Assembly: GCA_040954595.2 (NCBI GenBank)
Contig: CM082586.2
Span: forward strand, 9,145,337 to 9,209,336
Direction: 5' to 3'
Source: Balanoglossus misakiensis
Lineage: Eukaryota; Animalia; Hemichordata
Length of the DNA stretch: 64,000 nt
Under the pieces are notes generated by a model. It ran no database searches and was not told the origin of the DNA. It saw nothing but the letters and a program-made list of their open reading frames with translations. This document shows, piece by piece, positions 50,998 through 64,000 of this stretch. The translations under genes were made by a program, and so were the position numbers. How positions within the stretch are numbered: the stretch's first letter is position 1; the number at the start of each line of letters is the position of its first letter.

Positions 50998-51879
50998 ACC
51001 TCAGTCGATTACACCATTAATAAAAACGCCTAGATAATATTGCTCTCTGTGAAGTATTTAACAAAAGCAGGAAAAACAAATCCTGAGTTAATTATGTTTC
51101 TGTTGTTTTTACTAAATAATGAAAATAATAATAATTATTATTTCTTATATAGCGCATTACATAATGGACTAAAATCTCAATGCGCTTTACTACATGATGA
51201 AAAGTACACTAAAAATACAAGCTAAAAAATTCGACATAAAAACGCTAAAAAGGTATATAAAAGTTGTAAAAAGTGTAAAAGAATTAGTGTATAAATGCTT
51301 TCATAAAAAGATGGGTTTTAAGTATAAGTGGTCTTAATTCTAAGTTTAAAATTGCTCAGCTAGAAAATCCACAATAAGCATTTTCATTTTAATATAATTC
51401 AGTTCCCGATAATGATGAACATTTCCTATATACACATCGTTTGAAGCCTCCAGAGCTGTCAAATTTCTCCCGTTTTTTTCCACAATAAAATACTTCAAAT
51501 ATCATTTAAAATCCCCAGCATTAAGTCATATAACTTGTATTTGCATCAGTTTGTCTTCTATTGGAGACACTTACCACGTTAGCTGCAGTGTACTGTTTGT
51601 ATGGAGGCTGATGAAATGGGTGCGGCACACATTAAATATATAATGTGAATAATTTGCAAAATACAGCCATAATTGTGCGTCGATGAGATGTTCATGTTTG
51701 CCTTATAGTATGTACCAATCTATTTAAAGTGGGATAATAAAGTAATGAACATAATGTAAACAGTGGCAGTTCTTGAGGCTTTTTGGGGAGCACTTTGTCA
51801 TGATTGACAGTAAAACCAGCCAACAATAAATATTGGAAAGAGTGTATAGTTACCATGGACGCCCTCTATGTTTTGACGT

Positions 51880-52053
51880 CACCATTAATTAACTGTAAAC
51901 AATTTCCATCCTGTTTGTTTACATGAGAGTAAAAATCTGGCCGAAAAAAAAATTAACACCAATTATTCATTTTGGCAAGATTTTTCACTCTGGTGTCTAC
52001 AAGTGGGATGGAAGTTGTGTGTGGCGAATGTTGATTCACTATATGTCCACATG
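51880..52053. mobile_element. Degenerate copy of the foldback MITE at 59458-59662
   Basis: Shares TTTTCACTCT..TCTACAAGTGGGATGGAAGTTGT..ATTCACTA..CACATGT with 59587-59662. Confidence 0.65.
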
Positions 52054-53967
52054 TAGAATGTAATCCATGTCTTGTATCAAACATAATTAATAGAAAAGGG
52101 CAGCGAGAGAGAGACTTTGTCCCTTTAATGTTGTACAGCCGCATGTCCTGTCCGAGTCAAGAATGTTTGAAAGTACAGGTGCAGGCAAAAATAACGATCA
52201 GCTATCAAACATTTCTCCTCAACAGTGTATGGCAGAGACAAAATTGGACATGTTTTATCATTGGTTAATTTAAATGTACACAGTCGATAATCTTACAACT
52301 GAGTTGGAAGAGGCGGGGGGGGGGGGGAAGACTGTAATATGTTTGGACCGCCAATAATACCTAATCAATGTGGACGCACAGATGGCCATTGGTATGATAA
52401 TGAGTGTGCTGTAAAAAGAAAGCTCAAATTCTATTGGTTGAATATTTTTAGACTAGAAGCCTGTTGAATGTCAGATAGCAGAGGATCCCTGAATCAGTAT
52501 AAAATGTGTAGTAGTGTGAAGTGTGTATTAGGGTCATTGACATTGTCTTGATTCACAATAGTAGAGATCGGTAGGCAGTTTATGTAAATTGTAATGCAAA
52601 AGTTATTTATTATACTTGTAATGTGATTTCAGATAGGTATTAAAATAAAAGTATCATAATGTAATTATAATCCAGTTTTAATAATTCAAGAATTACCGGT
52701 TGTTATTTTAGTGCCAAATTTACATACATCAATCTAAGTGCTCAACTGCTCACCTGCGTCCCAGAAAGAAAATTTGGCAATGTGGCAAGCCATTCCCAAC
52801 CTGAAGAGGGTTTTATACCAGGGTGGGGAAATATAGTTTCATGTTATGTTATTTGAAATTGACCAATATAATTTCCATCACTCCACTATTAAAGCCACCA
52901 GATCCAAAAATAGTGTGTTAACACATTTCTTCCCAATCAGTGCGGCGTACGAACGTGTACAAAGGGTTGAAAATATGACTGGATGATATGACAGGGGGGC
53001 TGCAAACATTAAAGTTATAAATGGGGGAGTTCCGATCTGCATTTTCCCCACCTGTCTTGTTATTTGCTAATCCAAAATAAAAGCTATCACATTTCCAATT
53101 AAGCACCTGCAAACAACTTAATCTGTGTGCCCCGTCCACAGATTAAGATGATAAAGTAAATTTCGGTTAGCGAGTACTGGGTATAACAAGAGGATCAAAG
53201 AGAGATGGATTGTTCTTTTTAACAGATTTGAGCAATGTAAACAAATCATATGGTTCTCTGACATTCACGATAAACATGCAGCACTATAGACATTTGTGTT
53301 GCAAGATTTGAATGAAATTCATCTCCGCATGTGAAGGAAGGACAGGCCGAAATTTGTACGCCCCACTGGAACATGGCGATCGGGACAAACAAAACTATTG
53401 CAATTACCTCACAACCATCAACTACTGCCTTGGGCGGTATTTCGAATTCCGTTCCAGGAAAAACAACAACAACACATATGCGAAGTTATAAGTGATAGCG
53501 AAAGAAAGTATGTACGTTTATTAAAATAACACTAATCATAATCAAATAATTCCGATCATATCCATCCATATTCCAAATATATTCAATCAATTATCACATT
53601 TATATGGCATATTGTACAGACAAACACAACACAATACAGCACAGGTATTACAGTAAGTCCAAAAAGATATCCTCCAGTAGTTGAATATACGCATGTGCAC
53701 ATAATAACTACCTAGGTCCATAGTGAATATGTCCTCTATACATTGGAAACCTACGATAATTAATACACCTGTGTCACATTTGTTCAAAAATAAATGTAGT
53801 TACAATTCAATTCCAATACGGTTTAAATGCTGACCTTTTTATTTAGCTTAATCTTAATTATTAAATGTAATAAATCGACAGTGTTGCGCTTAATGTAAGA
53901 GAAACCTAACTAACAATCATAAATAATATTTTGCATTCGATCATTGAATCAATAACACGGATAAAGC

Positions 53968-56900
53968 TCAAAGCCAGAACAGTATTCTGTCATTTTTCAA
54001 CTTCGGAGCAGGGTCTAGGTTTCTTACAAAACGCGAAATCCCGAGGATCAACACAATATGCACAGCCAGATATGCAGCGAAAAAGCCTAGGACTAGAACC
54101 ATGAAAGTGTTGTCATTGTTACCGAGTTCGTCACCTGTCAAGAAAAAAAATTGATAGCAAAAAAGCTTAAAGTGCAGAATATGAGGCCTTGGGCTATAGG
54201 CGTGGACAGGATTCATTCGGGTTACTTGTGACGTGGGCAGGATCCATTCAGGTTACTTATGAAATACAGTATTATATATTTGCGAGCATAACCATCTATA
54301 TATTCAATAAAATCACTAGGCAAATATATTTTACCATTGACTGGTAAATGGCCAATCAAAAACCACACACACATACACACACACACACACACCCACACAA
54401 ACACACACACACACAACATCAGCAGCACAGCGTGGCCTAGCACAGACAACCATAAATGCAGCCAGAAGACAAAACCATGAAAGAAAGATGCACGGACCTC
54501 TGGCAAAATAAAGAAGTGATATCATGCAGGTGTTTCAAAAATATTAAGGCCGCCCAGTCTCATTTTATATTATTTGATTGTGTTTTGTTTCTACAATTGT
54601 GATTGTGAAGCACAGTGGGCCTATACTTACAGCGGGGCACTTTCGAATAGCCATCGACAACACTAATGCTTGGGAAATGTTGGCACAGTGGACCTTTACA
54701 TGCAGTATGTTGAGAGAAGATGCTGGCGTCGATTGTATCTGTTGATATGGAGACAGAATCAGTGTGGTCTCCCTCAACGTCTGGTTCAGTCCCATCAATC
54801 AATCAATCAAGCAACAAAGTTTATATAGCGCAAAAATCCCCCCCATGCACTACAGTTGTAGCCGTTATAGTAGCTAGGGTTTTCCTTCAAGATGAAACCA
54901 GACACGCTCTCAGTGCCCTTGTAATCAGGGATGTCTGTCAGAACTTCGTCATCTGTCGTTTCGTATCGCTGCATTACGGCTAACTCTAACGAGGATTCTG
55001 TTTCAGTCATTCTAGTTTCAGATTTAGCATCAGCGCCAGTATCTTCTGTGACATCTGTTGACATTTTTGAATAACTGGTGTCAGTAACATCAGAGCTAAC
55101 ATGGTCTGTATACCCAGGTGTATTCGACACTGGTTCACCTGTAATGTAAAACCCACAAGATATAACTGGTTTAGGATAAGTGGTATTCAAAGAAGCGTTG
55201 GGTCACAAAAGGGCGCCATGTTTACTTCGGCTTGTATTAGTGATTCATTGGGTTGGACGTATTGTTTGTACATACGAAAGTACGCACATGCGCATAAGAT
55301 GATCGTCGGCCTAAGCTACACATCCTTACTCAACTTGATGCACATATGTGCTCTACTTATAGATGGAGACAACAGATCACGGACGCGCAGTCACTGTACA
55401 TTTTCTAGTTAACATAGCAGTACACCTTATCCAGACGAAACTGTTTACTGTGGATACATTGCGTTAGAGTGTCTAATTGTGATGGTGTTACATTCACCAA
55501 TATTCTGCTAGGGAAACATGGTTTGGTGAAGACAAATAAATAATTACAAATCCGCTCGAATACATGTTCTCCAAGGGCTACCGTATGGCTGGTGGTCCGC
55601 CCATGGTAAGTAAGTCAGTGGTGTCCCATCATAGTGCGTCCATTTATCCTCTGTATGCAAATGCATACCATCTATCCACAATACTCTTTACAGAAAACCT
55701 TTATTGACGTAAAAAATAGAATTGATGTCAGGCCGGACAACTATGACTTCTTGCTTGTGATAGGTTTAGTTTATAGTGGATGCAACAAAAAGTGGAATGG
55801 ATAACCGTTTTTTTTTAGTAAAGCATGTTGCTTTTTACCTGTTTTCAAATTCCGTTTTCCTGAATTTCAAAATTAAATCCGCAACGAGTAAAAATTCGTT
55901 TGCGTTCTCGGGAAAGTTCACGTATACGGGCGCTCCGAAGGTTGCAATACATAAACAAACTCGCCCTCGATCGACCTTCCGTACCACGTAGACAACATGA
56001 CAGTGACACTTGCGGCATAATTTTTTTACGTATAGCTTCGTTGACATGACTGCTTGGTACATGGTACACGGTATGTATGGTGAACGAATGTCAAATCCAG
56101 CATCATCATCGAGAGGTTTGCTTTACGTGCGTGAGCGAGCCATGTTGACTGCGCGTGATTCAAGAGCAGACGACATGTACCGACGCAGTAGGAAGAAAAA
56201 AATAAACAAATCGCCGTTCGAGGTCGGGTTTGGAAATTAATAAATATCGCCGTATTTATTCTGTTTATGTTTGCATTTCTTTTTTTACCCCTTAAAATGT
56301 TCGCATTGTTCGAAATCCTCCGTTATTCAGTCGGAAATTGTACACGTCCACTGGTTCTTGGGCGCGTCGCGCGTCCATCGAATAACACGATACATTATAA
56401 GTAATAATGTATAGCTATGACGTCTCAAAATTCACTGGTATTGATAAAGCTATATTACATATATTACATATGGCCTGCCGTTTACGTTTACACCCCGTTT
56501 CTTCATCTGACACTTGCAGTATCCTGTTTGCGACATACTGATGCCGACATCTGTGAAAGTCGCAGTCGTTGTGCTAGGTTACTTGCTGATATTTAGGACA
56601 GGTTTTTCAGGTTGTGTTGTAGGAATCTTTTCAATTATCTTGTTATGTCGTTATACAATGTATGTTCCTCTGGCATGGCGATGTATACATTTCTGGGTGC
56701 CACTAGTTGTATGACTAGTAAACAACATTGTCCAATGAAAGATGGGAGTGTGGTGTAACTAGCCTATAAAAAATTGTGATATCATCGTAGTGTGACCTGT
56801 CCACGAAACAACCAATATCGTTGCCTGATCTCGTTTCTTTAATTTTCGGATGGTGTTCTTATGGTGTTTTCGATGTTTTCGTCTAAAATGGGAGTATCAT

Positions 56901-58272
56901 ATGTAATAATAACAGAACCCGATGGCGAGATCGTGCTGCAACAGAATACACCACCAGCACTCGTTCAAATACCGCGCTTGATCCATCTGGTCGTGGGGTT
57001 CTGTCATATTAGCCGTTCTACATCAAAGGCCTCGCCAATAGAGATCTCGTTGCAAATATAAATCGCACAACACGCAGGTCAGGTCAGACCCTTTTAAAAT
57101 TAAAACAACATTACCATATTACACCACAATGTGCACCGTAATTGGTGTCTGTTCCAAACACCAAATCCATTACTGCGATACTTATATCTATACTCGAACC
57201 GTCTGAGTGAACAAAGTGACCATTAGTCTCTCTATCATTGGCGTCGATCCAAACGAATTCTGTAAACCATTGCAAAGAGGAAAAGCATGTTGAACGTTGA
57301 GTAATACATGTAGATTTGTTTACTTTAAAAGTCATGTTGATTATTACAACAATTATACTTCTGAGTGAGAAGACATCGTTCGTATGAACAAGCAGTAATG
57401 ACAAAGTTGGGTACTCTATTACTCTTTACCGGAATGTGGTAGGACATCACCTCGCCAAACCAATAACGCTATAAAGCTGACAACTATATTCATGGTCTCT
57501 TGGTCGTAAAACCTCAACAGATGCCCACTGTCCTGCTCACATGCTCTTTTTGCTTCCAGCCACGTTGTTTCATAGTTGGAAAGTTTCAACTCATTTTCGA
57601 TCAGGGATATAAGCTCTTGGGCTGAAACACATGGCATTTACAAACATGATTAAGATCTTGTGTTGGCAGTACAGTTCTAAATCTGAACTAGAATGTGCAC
57701 GTTAATTTAAAAACGTGTATTGTCTACATTAACTTCAAGTATTTATAGTGTTGGCAACTGATGGTACATAGATTGAACGTATATTCTGACATTTAATAAC
57801 AGAATTCAAAACTGTTATGATTTGTGATCATTGTCACTTTCCTCGAAATGACATGTCTATGGCAAGATAATGAAGTTGTTAAACACTGCTACTCTTATAC
57901 TGAGATTACCATCAGGAATACATTAAAGTGGAAAACATGAAAATTGTCTACAATACCGTTCACTGTCAACTCGGTATGTGAGAAAATTACCACGGATACA
58001 ATACTAAAGTAGCACAGCCATCGATGTAGTTATCCCATTGTTGAGCGAATATAGTGACGTGTGTGACGTGGTATATCCACGCCTTAAAAACCGCTTCTCT
58101 CATGTGCGCACAAGATTATTCCATCATACAATAGGCGTCATGTTTTTTCGATCGACTTTATGTACAATTGCCTCTAGAGTACTACATGTGTTGAATTTAA
58201 CCCTTTCAAGCCCAGACCCCTCTATAGATGTCCAACCTTCCCATGGAAAACAACTGGTTTGGACTGGACTAT
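53968..58272 (-). pseudogene. Probable C-type-lectin-domain type I membrane protein gene, degenerate
   Basis: Exon-like pieces in order: TTWLEAKRACEQDSGHLL (57419-57637), FVWIDANDRETNGHFVHSDGS..HCGVI (57111-57280), YICNE (~57050), a Thr/Ser-rich stalk (56500-56900, 54807-55140) and a hydrophobic FMVLVLGFFAAYLAVHIVLILGI segment (53968-54136). Stops are present in several pieces. Confidence 0.55.
54363..54416. repeat. (CA)n microsatellite
   Basis: Imperfect CA run. Confidence 0.9.
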
Positions 58273-58310
58273 AGTGGTGAAAGGGGTAAAAGAATAATCA
58301 ACCTCTAATT

Positions 58311-58812
58311 TAAATAATCCCATATATGGTAAACAACGTGTGTCTAAGTCTTTTATTGATGTTTTTATTAGATATATTTTGGAAGAAGCATGCTTGTTTA
58401 ATCGTCGGAAACCAAGAATGTAGTACTGAATTTAAAGGAATACAATACTTCTAATTTGTATATTCCCATATATAGACAAAGGGGTGTGTCCAAGTCTTTT
58501 ATTGATGTTTTTATTAGATATATTTTGGAAGAAGCATGCTTGTTTAATCGTCGGAAACCAAGAATGTAGTACTGAATTTAAAGGAATACAATACTTCTAA
58601 TTTGTATATTCCCATATATAGACAAAGGGGTGTGTCCAAGTCTTTTATTGATGTTGTTATTAGATATATTTTGGAAGAAGCATGCTTGTTTAATCGTCGG
58701 AAACCAAGAATGTAGTACTGAATTTAAAGGAATACAATACTTCTAATTTGTATATTCCCATATATAGACAAAGGGGTGTGTCCAAGTCTTTTATTGATGT
58801 TGGCATTAGATA
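58311..58812. repeat. 146-bp tandem repeat, ~3.4 copies
   Basis: TACAATACTTCTAATTTG at 58441, 58587 and 58733; copies are nearly identical. Confidence 0.95.
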
Positions 58813-59199
58813 TATCTTGGGAGACGTGTAAACTGCGGAAATGTCGAGCAAATCTCGTGACAATTGCAAGGGAGTGGATGGTTGTTAGTGAAGATACCAA
58901 ACGCGAATGTGAGTTGTTCTGTGCACGCACCAGATGGCTGATAGAATTCGCGTGCCGCACAGAAGAATAAAGCATCGAGTTTCGTAGCATGTTTACGCCA
59001 TCAGCACATTGTATCGAATTCAGGTACGATGTAACGTTATCCTATACCACAATATCCCACCTAAGGCATACATGCAAAATTACTTCTGCTGCGGCGAGAG
59101 GTCTCAGAGAGGGAAAGTCTCACTATACAATCCCACGACAGTCAAAACATAAAACTAAAAAAATTCGGTCTAAGTTTGATATCATTGTGTTGTACACTT

Positions 59200-59390
59200 T
59201 CTGTTCATTTTGTTTAAATGGGAGAGTTCCCGGAGACGAGGATGGTAACTGTACTTGTATAGCAAACAGAGGTAGAAGTACAGTGAATTATTGTTGTATT
59301 TCAACAAGATTGTTTCTGTATATCACTCGGTTTGAAATCCCTACAGTGTTTGGATCTGACCATTTTCCGTTGATATGTAATCTTAAAAGG
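59200..59390 (+). mobile_element. LINE apurinic-type endonuclease C-terminal fragment
   Basis: LNGRVPGDEDGNCTC..GRSTVNY..GSDHFPL. Confidence 0.75.
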
Positions 59391-59457
59391 ACAAAGTCCT
59401 CTCTCTTGCTGCCCTTTTCCATCAATTATGTTTGATACAAGATACCGTTTATGTTAA

Positions 59458-59662
59458 TGTACATGTGAATATGTAGTGAATGGACGTTCAATCACACACA
59501 ACTTCCATCCTGCTTGTATGATAAGAGAGTAGAACCTCACCCAACATGAATTGATGGTAGAGACCAATTATTTATATTGGCGTGATTTTTCACTCTCGTA
59601 TCTACAAGTGGGATGGAAGTTGTCTGTGGTTGAGCGTTCATTCACTACATATACACATGTAC
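59458..59662. mobile_element. Foldback MITE with ~80-bp inverted arms
   Basis: GTACATGTGAATATGTAGTGAATGGACGTTCAATCACACACAACTTCCATCC versus GGATGGAAGTTGTCTGTGGTTGAGCGTTCATTCACTACATATACACATGTAC. Confidence 0.8.
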
Positions 59663-59699
59663 TTGGAGATAAATATTCTTAGCCTTATAGTTCAACCAC

Positions 59700-61007
59700 A
59701 CAAAGAAGTATTTTTGTGATTAATTGCAACTGTCTGTAGCCTCTGGGAAGGACCACAAAAAATGGCAAGTCATCAATGAAATCTTGAACAAAAATTCAAA
59801 GGTTAATGCTCCACAAAAAATAAAAGATGACAAACACCCCGGGAATTTTGTTACTAAAAATATTGATATAGCTGACGCCTTTAATTTTTTTTTTTGTCAA
59901 CATTGGACAAAATCTAGCATCACAAATACATTGTAGCGCTATCTAGCATCACAAATACATTGTAGCGCTAATTTCAATGATTGCCTTGGTATTCGTCATT
60001 TTCATTCTTTCTTTTTCCATCCTGTGCATTCTGGTGATATACTCAGAGAAATTAATGTATTAGATCATTGTAAAGCTGCTGGTTTTGATGATATTTATCC
60101 AAAACTTGTAAAGGAATCAGCTGATTATATTACAGAACCATTTGCTCATATTGTTAATATTTCCTTGTCACAGGGTATTTTTCCAGAGAAACTGAAAATG
60201 GCAAGAGTAACACCAATTTTTAAAAAGGGTTGTGTTCATGATATAGGAAATTACAAACCTATCTCTGTCTTGCCAATCTTTAGTAAGCTGTACGAGTCTA
60301 TTGTAAATAAGCAACTGTGTTCTTTTTTTGAAAAATTTGATATTCCCACTAACAGCCAATATGGATTTCGTAAGAAATTTAGTACCAAGTTAGCTTTAGC
60401 AGATCTCACATCTGAAAAAGCACATTGATAACGGTATCTTCATTGATTTTTAAAAGGCATTTGATACGATTAACCACACAATTTTGTTAGCTAAGCTATG
60501 CCACTATGGGATTAGGGGATCCACACTTAATTGGTTTAAGACTTATATAGAAGACCGACAACAGTATGTCAAGGTCAATAATTATACTTCAAAAGTGAAA
60601 AGGATCTCCTGTGGGATTCCACAGGGATCAATTCTAGGTCCACTTCTTTTTCTAGTATATATAAATGATATCTGCAGGTCCTCAGACTATTTTCAACTCA
60701 GGTTATTTGAAGATGATACCAATTTATTTTGTTCAGATAAGCAGGACAAAATCGATCTTGCCACTCTGAATGTTTAGCTAACTAAAGTACAGACCTGGTG
60801 TAAGTCAAATAAACTTACTATTAATATTGACAAAACAAACTATGTTATTTTCAAAACAGCCCAGGCAAAATTTAATCCTGAGGGGGATTTATATGTCTCT
60901 GATTTACCAATACAAAATGTTTCATCTGCTGTTTATCTTGGAGTTACTCTTGACTCATCATTATCCTGGAAGTCTCACATCAACATTATTTTTAAGAAGG
61001 TTAGCCA
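59700..61007 (+). mobile_element. CR1/Crack-type LINE ORF2 reverse-transcriptase relic
   Basis: KAAGFDDI, FPEKLKMARVTPIFKKG, NYKPISVLPIFSK, QYGFRK, KAFDTINH, GIPQGSILGPLLFLVYIND and LFEDDT; broken by stops and frameshifts. Confidence 0.92.
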
Positions 61008-62834
61008 TGATCATACATGCGTTTTTCTTTAAAAATGTCCCTAACAGTAATTTTCATCCTGACTTTCATTCTGACATAACAGTTATATGTTGAGATGACT
61101 GTCCATGATACGATGCAGGATGCAAAAATATCACACTGAAGCCATTTACATATGACAATTACCTGGAAATAAATATTCTAAGCTTAATAGTTCAACCTCA
61201 CTTGCGTTATTTGTTTCATTTTTTCTCAAATTGGTTTAAATAAATGCATTAACGGGCATTTATTTGAATCTGGTTCTTCTCTCAGAATTTTTGTTTTATG
61301 TTTCAACCACATCACACATTTTCTTGTTCTCCTGCCTGGAATTTATCCCAAAATGTCTATGAGTCAACAAGTCATGTTTACGTGTGTAGACCATTCTTAC
61401 TATTAAGAAATGCATTCAAGTCCGGGCTTGAATGCATTTTTTGTCAACAAAAACACATGCTGGTAGAGTTGAGAAGACAAATACTAATCCTGATATAGGG
61501 AGCCGAACAAGAAACCATGGTTTACACACAGAACAATAAAACTGACAAAATAGTCACAAGTTACAGATAGTTGTGCCAGTTTTATTATAGAGATTAATGA
61601 CGGAAAATGCACTTTTGTCGAATAGAGTGTCTGTTTCATAGCCAGCGACTTATGACAGTTACAAGGCCAACAAAGATGTTTTCCAGTTGCATGGAGAAGC
61701 TTCGATAAAGATTTAATGAACTAGCATCTCTGAAATCATGTACGCCTATTTTGGGACCTCTCTGTTAGCATATAGCGCAACTGCACATTAATTGACAGAG
61801 AAATATCCATGTGTGCACATATCGTGCACTTACTGTGTTGCGATAGGCTCTGGCTACCTGAGCCTTGAAATGCATCGTCGCCCGGGCCGGTTGCGTGTTA
61901 TACTCGAAATAACCATTTGCTAATTTCTAACAGCAATTACTTTTCTTGTAGATGTTCACTTAGTAAATACAGTTTAATTTTTCGTGTAATACATATACAT
62001 TATTCTCTATTTAGGTATGTGGTGTTTAACAGTAAGATGATAAGATTTCTTGGGCGATGGCTAAAGTATCTTCGTCCTGTTCTTTCTTCCATTGACATTA
62101 CAAATAACTTGCTGCAAGTTTATACATATGATATCCATAAGTCATGTGTCAAAATATTCTTTCCCACTTTACATGTGCACAAGTTTTCACTGTGTGAAAT
62201 GTTCCGTATCCATCGAGTTACAACAGAATCCATTTTGATGGATTCTTACAATATACAATGGAATCCACAGAGAATCCTTCGATATCCTCTAGATGGTATC
62301 CAGCATAAGAATATACAATGGATTCTCACAGTATCCACAAATCTTTGGTATTTGAGAATACATTTCAGAATCCTTTGTGGATACCGCTGGATACTGTTAC
62401 CACAATGCATTGCGGTATTACTGTCTAACAGTAAGAGCGAGAAGCCATCATTCAAACCATTGGATTCTGTTGCCGTTATGCATTTTGGGTTTCAAAGGCG
62501 AAGTTTAGCATAGCAACATGGAAGGGTCACCAACAAAATTTTAAAAATCTTAAAAGTTTGAAACATTGTATTTTTCACATAGCTGACTAATTACTCGGGC
62601 TTCATGCTAATGGTTGCGATGTCTAAGCTAAAGTGGACGTTCAGCACTAATATGCAATTTGAACTGAGATTAAGCCATGATTTCTCTCTAAGTAGTAATT
62701 GATTTAAACATTTAAATTCTCTGTGCTCTTGGTTCAGTCCTGGACTCTACCGCTTTGGTGTGTTACAACGCATATTGTTTAAATTTGTATGCTTGGTCGA
62801 GAAATGCATAGCTTGGTTAAATTGAGAGGTTCGT

Positions 62835-63318
62835 AGGTGTATCTTGAAATAAGAGGCATACCAGAATTGCCAAATGAAAATACTGATACAGTAGCCCTGA
62901 AAGTCATCCAACTCATAGAAAAAGACATAACCAGTTCAGATATTGACGTGTCACATCGAATCAAGAAACGTCAAGCACTCGGCAATGAACACATTGACCA
63001 CGGTACCAATACCCGGTTTCCTGCCGCAATTATGTGCGTTTCACCAGAAGAAAAATTCGTGACGCGGTCTACAAGCAACGCAAAAATATGTCTCGCTTCA
63101 AAACATCGGACATTGGCTACCAAGTAGAAAACAAGATATACATCAACGAAAATCTGACACCAGGACGAAGATCTTTATTCACAAAGGTAAATGCCAGAAG
63201 AAAAGAATATGGATGGAAATACTTGTGGACGCAATACGGAAAAATCCTGACAAAGAAAGTCGATGGGTCACCAACTGTCTACATTCCGAATGAGGAAAGT
63301 CTCGCCAAAATCTGCTAG
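62835..63318 (+). pseudogene. CR1/Crack-type LINE ORF1 C-terminal part (RRM/FP25K-like)
   Basis: LEIRGIPE..ENTD..DIDVSHRI, then (after a frameshift) RFTRRKIRD, IYINENLT, WKYLWTQYGKI. Confidence 0.85.
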
Positions 63319-63385
63319 GCGTCCTTTAACTACTACATCATAGTGTACAAGCAAACTCATCATCGGCGAAACCACAGACCACTTC

Positions 63386-63949
63386 TTGCAAAGTAACTAT
63401 AATTGTAAGTCTTATACTTTGGACGAATTTAATGCAAACGATTCCCTTCTGACTCTGCAGTCATTTTCAACTCTTCATTTGAATATTAGATCGATCAGAC
63501 GTCACTTTGATGACTTGTCAGTTGTTCTGTCGCTATTGAAATGCAAATTTTCTGTCATTGCCCTCAGTGAAACATGGCTAGACCCAGGTGTTGATGCATC
63601 ATTATATAACCTCCCTTCATACAACTTTGTTCATAAATGTAGAGCTGTTTCCAGAGGAGGAGGTGTTGGTCTCTATTTACACGAGTCGTTATCATACTCT
63701 ATAATAGACTCAGTTGTTCTCCAACATTGCGAATGTCTTTTTGTTGAAATCCTACTTGAAAAAAGCAAGGTCATCATAGGTGTCATATATCGCAGACCAA
63801 ATACACCTACTCAGGAATTTTTAACCAGTTTATCAGATTGTCTTGATAATCTACGCATTACCAACAAAAAATGCGTTTTACTAGGGGATTTCAATATAAA
63901 TATAGATGGCGATAACACTGTCTTTAATGAATATATCGCTACACATTAA
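63386..63949 (+). pseudogene. LINE ORF2 apurinic-type endonuclease, truncated
   Basis: LHLNIRS, VIALSETWL, RGGGVGLY, IIGVIYRRPN and LLGDFNI, directly downstream of ORF1. Confidence 0.9.
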
Positions 63950-64000
63950 TAGATCATTGTCATGTAAATTTTCGTGACCAGTTCATTGAAAGTGAGACAG

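Noticed and set aside
14852-52327. Poly-G tracts (14852, 24957, 38166, 52315) as a G-quadruplex system
   Set aside because: Isolated homopolymers in unrelated repeats with no shared context; their lengths are also unreliable in assemblies.
61917-62513. 198-aa ORF
   Set aside because: Non-ATG start and no recognisable domain; it runs through TGGAT/ATCCA short repeats that look like a decayed non-autonomous element.

Overview
This is an AT-rich, intron-containing eukaryotic window, most likely from a marine invertebrate (inferred from the transposon repertoire), and it is mostly repeats and transposons. Bases 1-16869 are a satellite of ~175-194-bp monomers organised as a 947-bp 5-mer higher-order repeat. 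Two DNA transposons sit inside it, and their target sites can be read exactly from neighbouring empty monomers. The first (3764-9260) is the most striking object in the window: CAC...GTG termini, bipartite TIRs, a 3-bp TSD, a Transib/RAG1-core-like DDE transposase and a convergent, intact ORF of unknown function. Next come a truncated Zator-like element with a divergent SAM-domain gene, a Crypton tyrosine-recombinase relic, and a decayed Academ-like element. The Academ-like element is interrupted by a piggyBac-type element and by an apparently intact 5.1-kb ISL2EU element (THAP-DDE plus SWIM-YqaJ). Further on are a small Kolobok-type element, LINE relics, rearranged Gypsy fragments that define a 2.6-kb inversion, 530-bp and 146-bp tandem arrays, several MITEs, and a degenerate C-type-lectin membrane-protein gene. 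All family assignments come from motifs recognised by eye; no database search was run.
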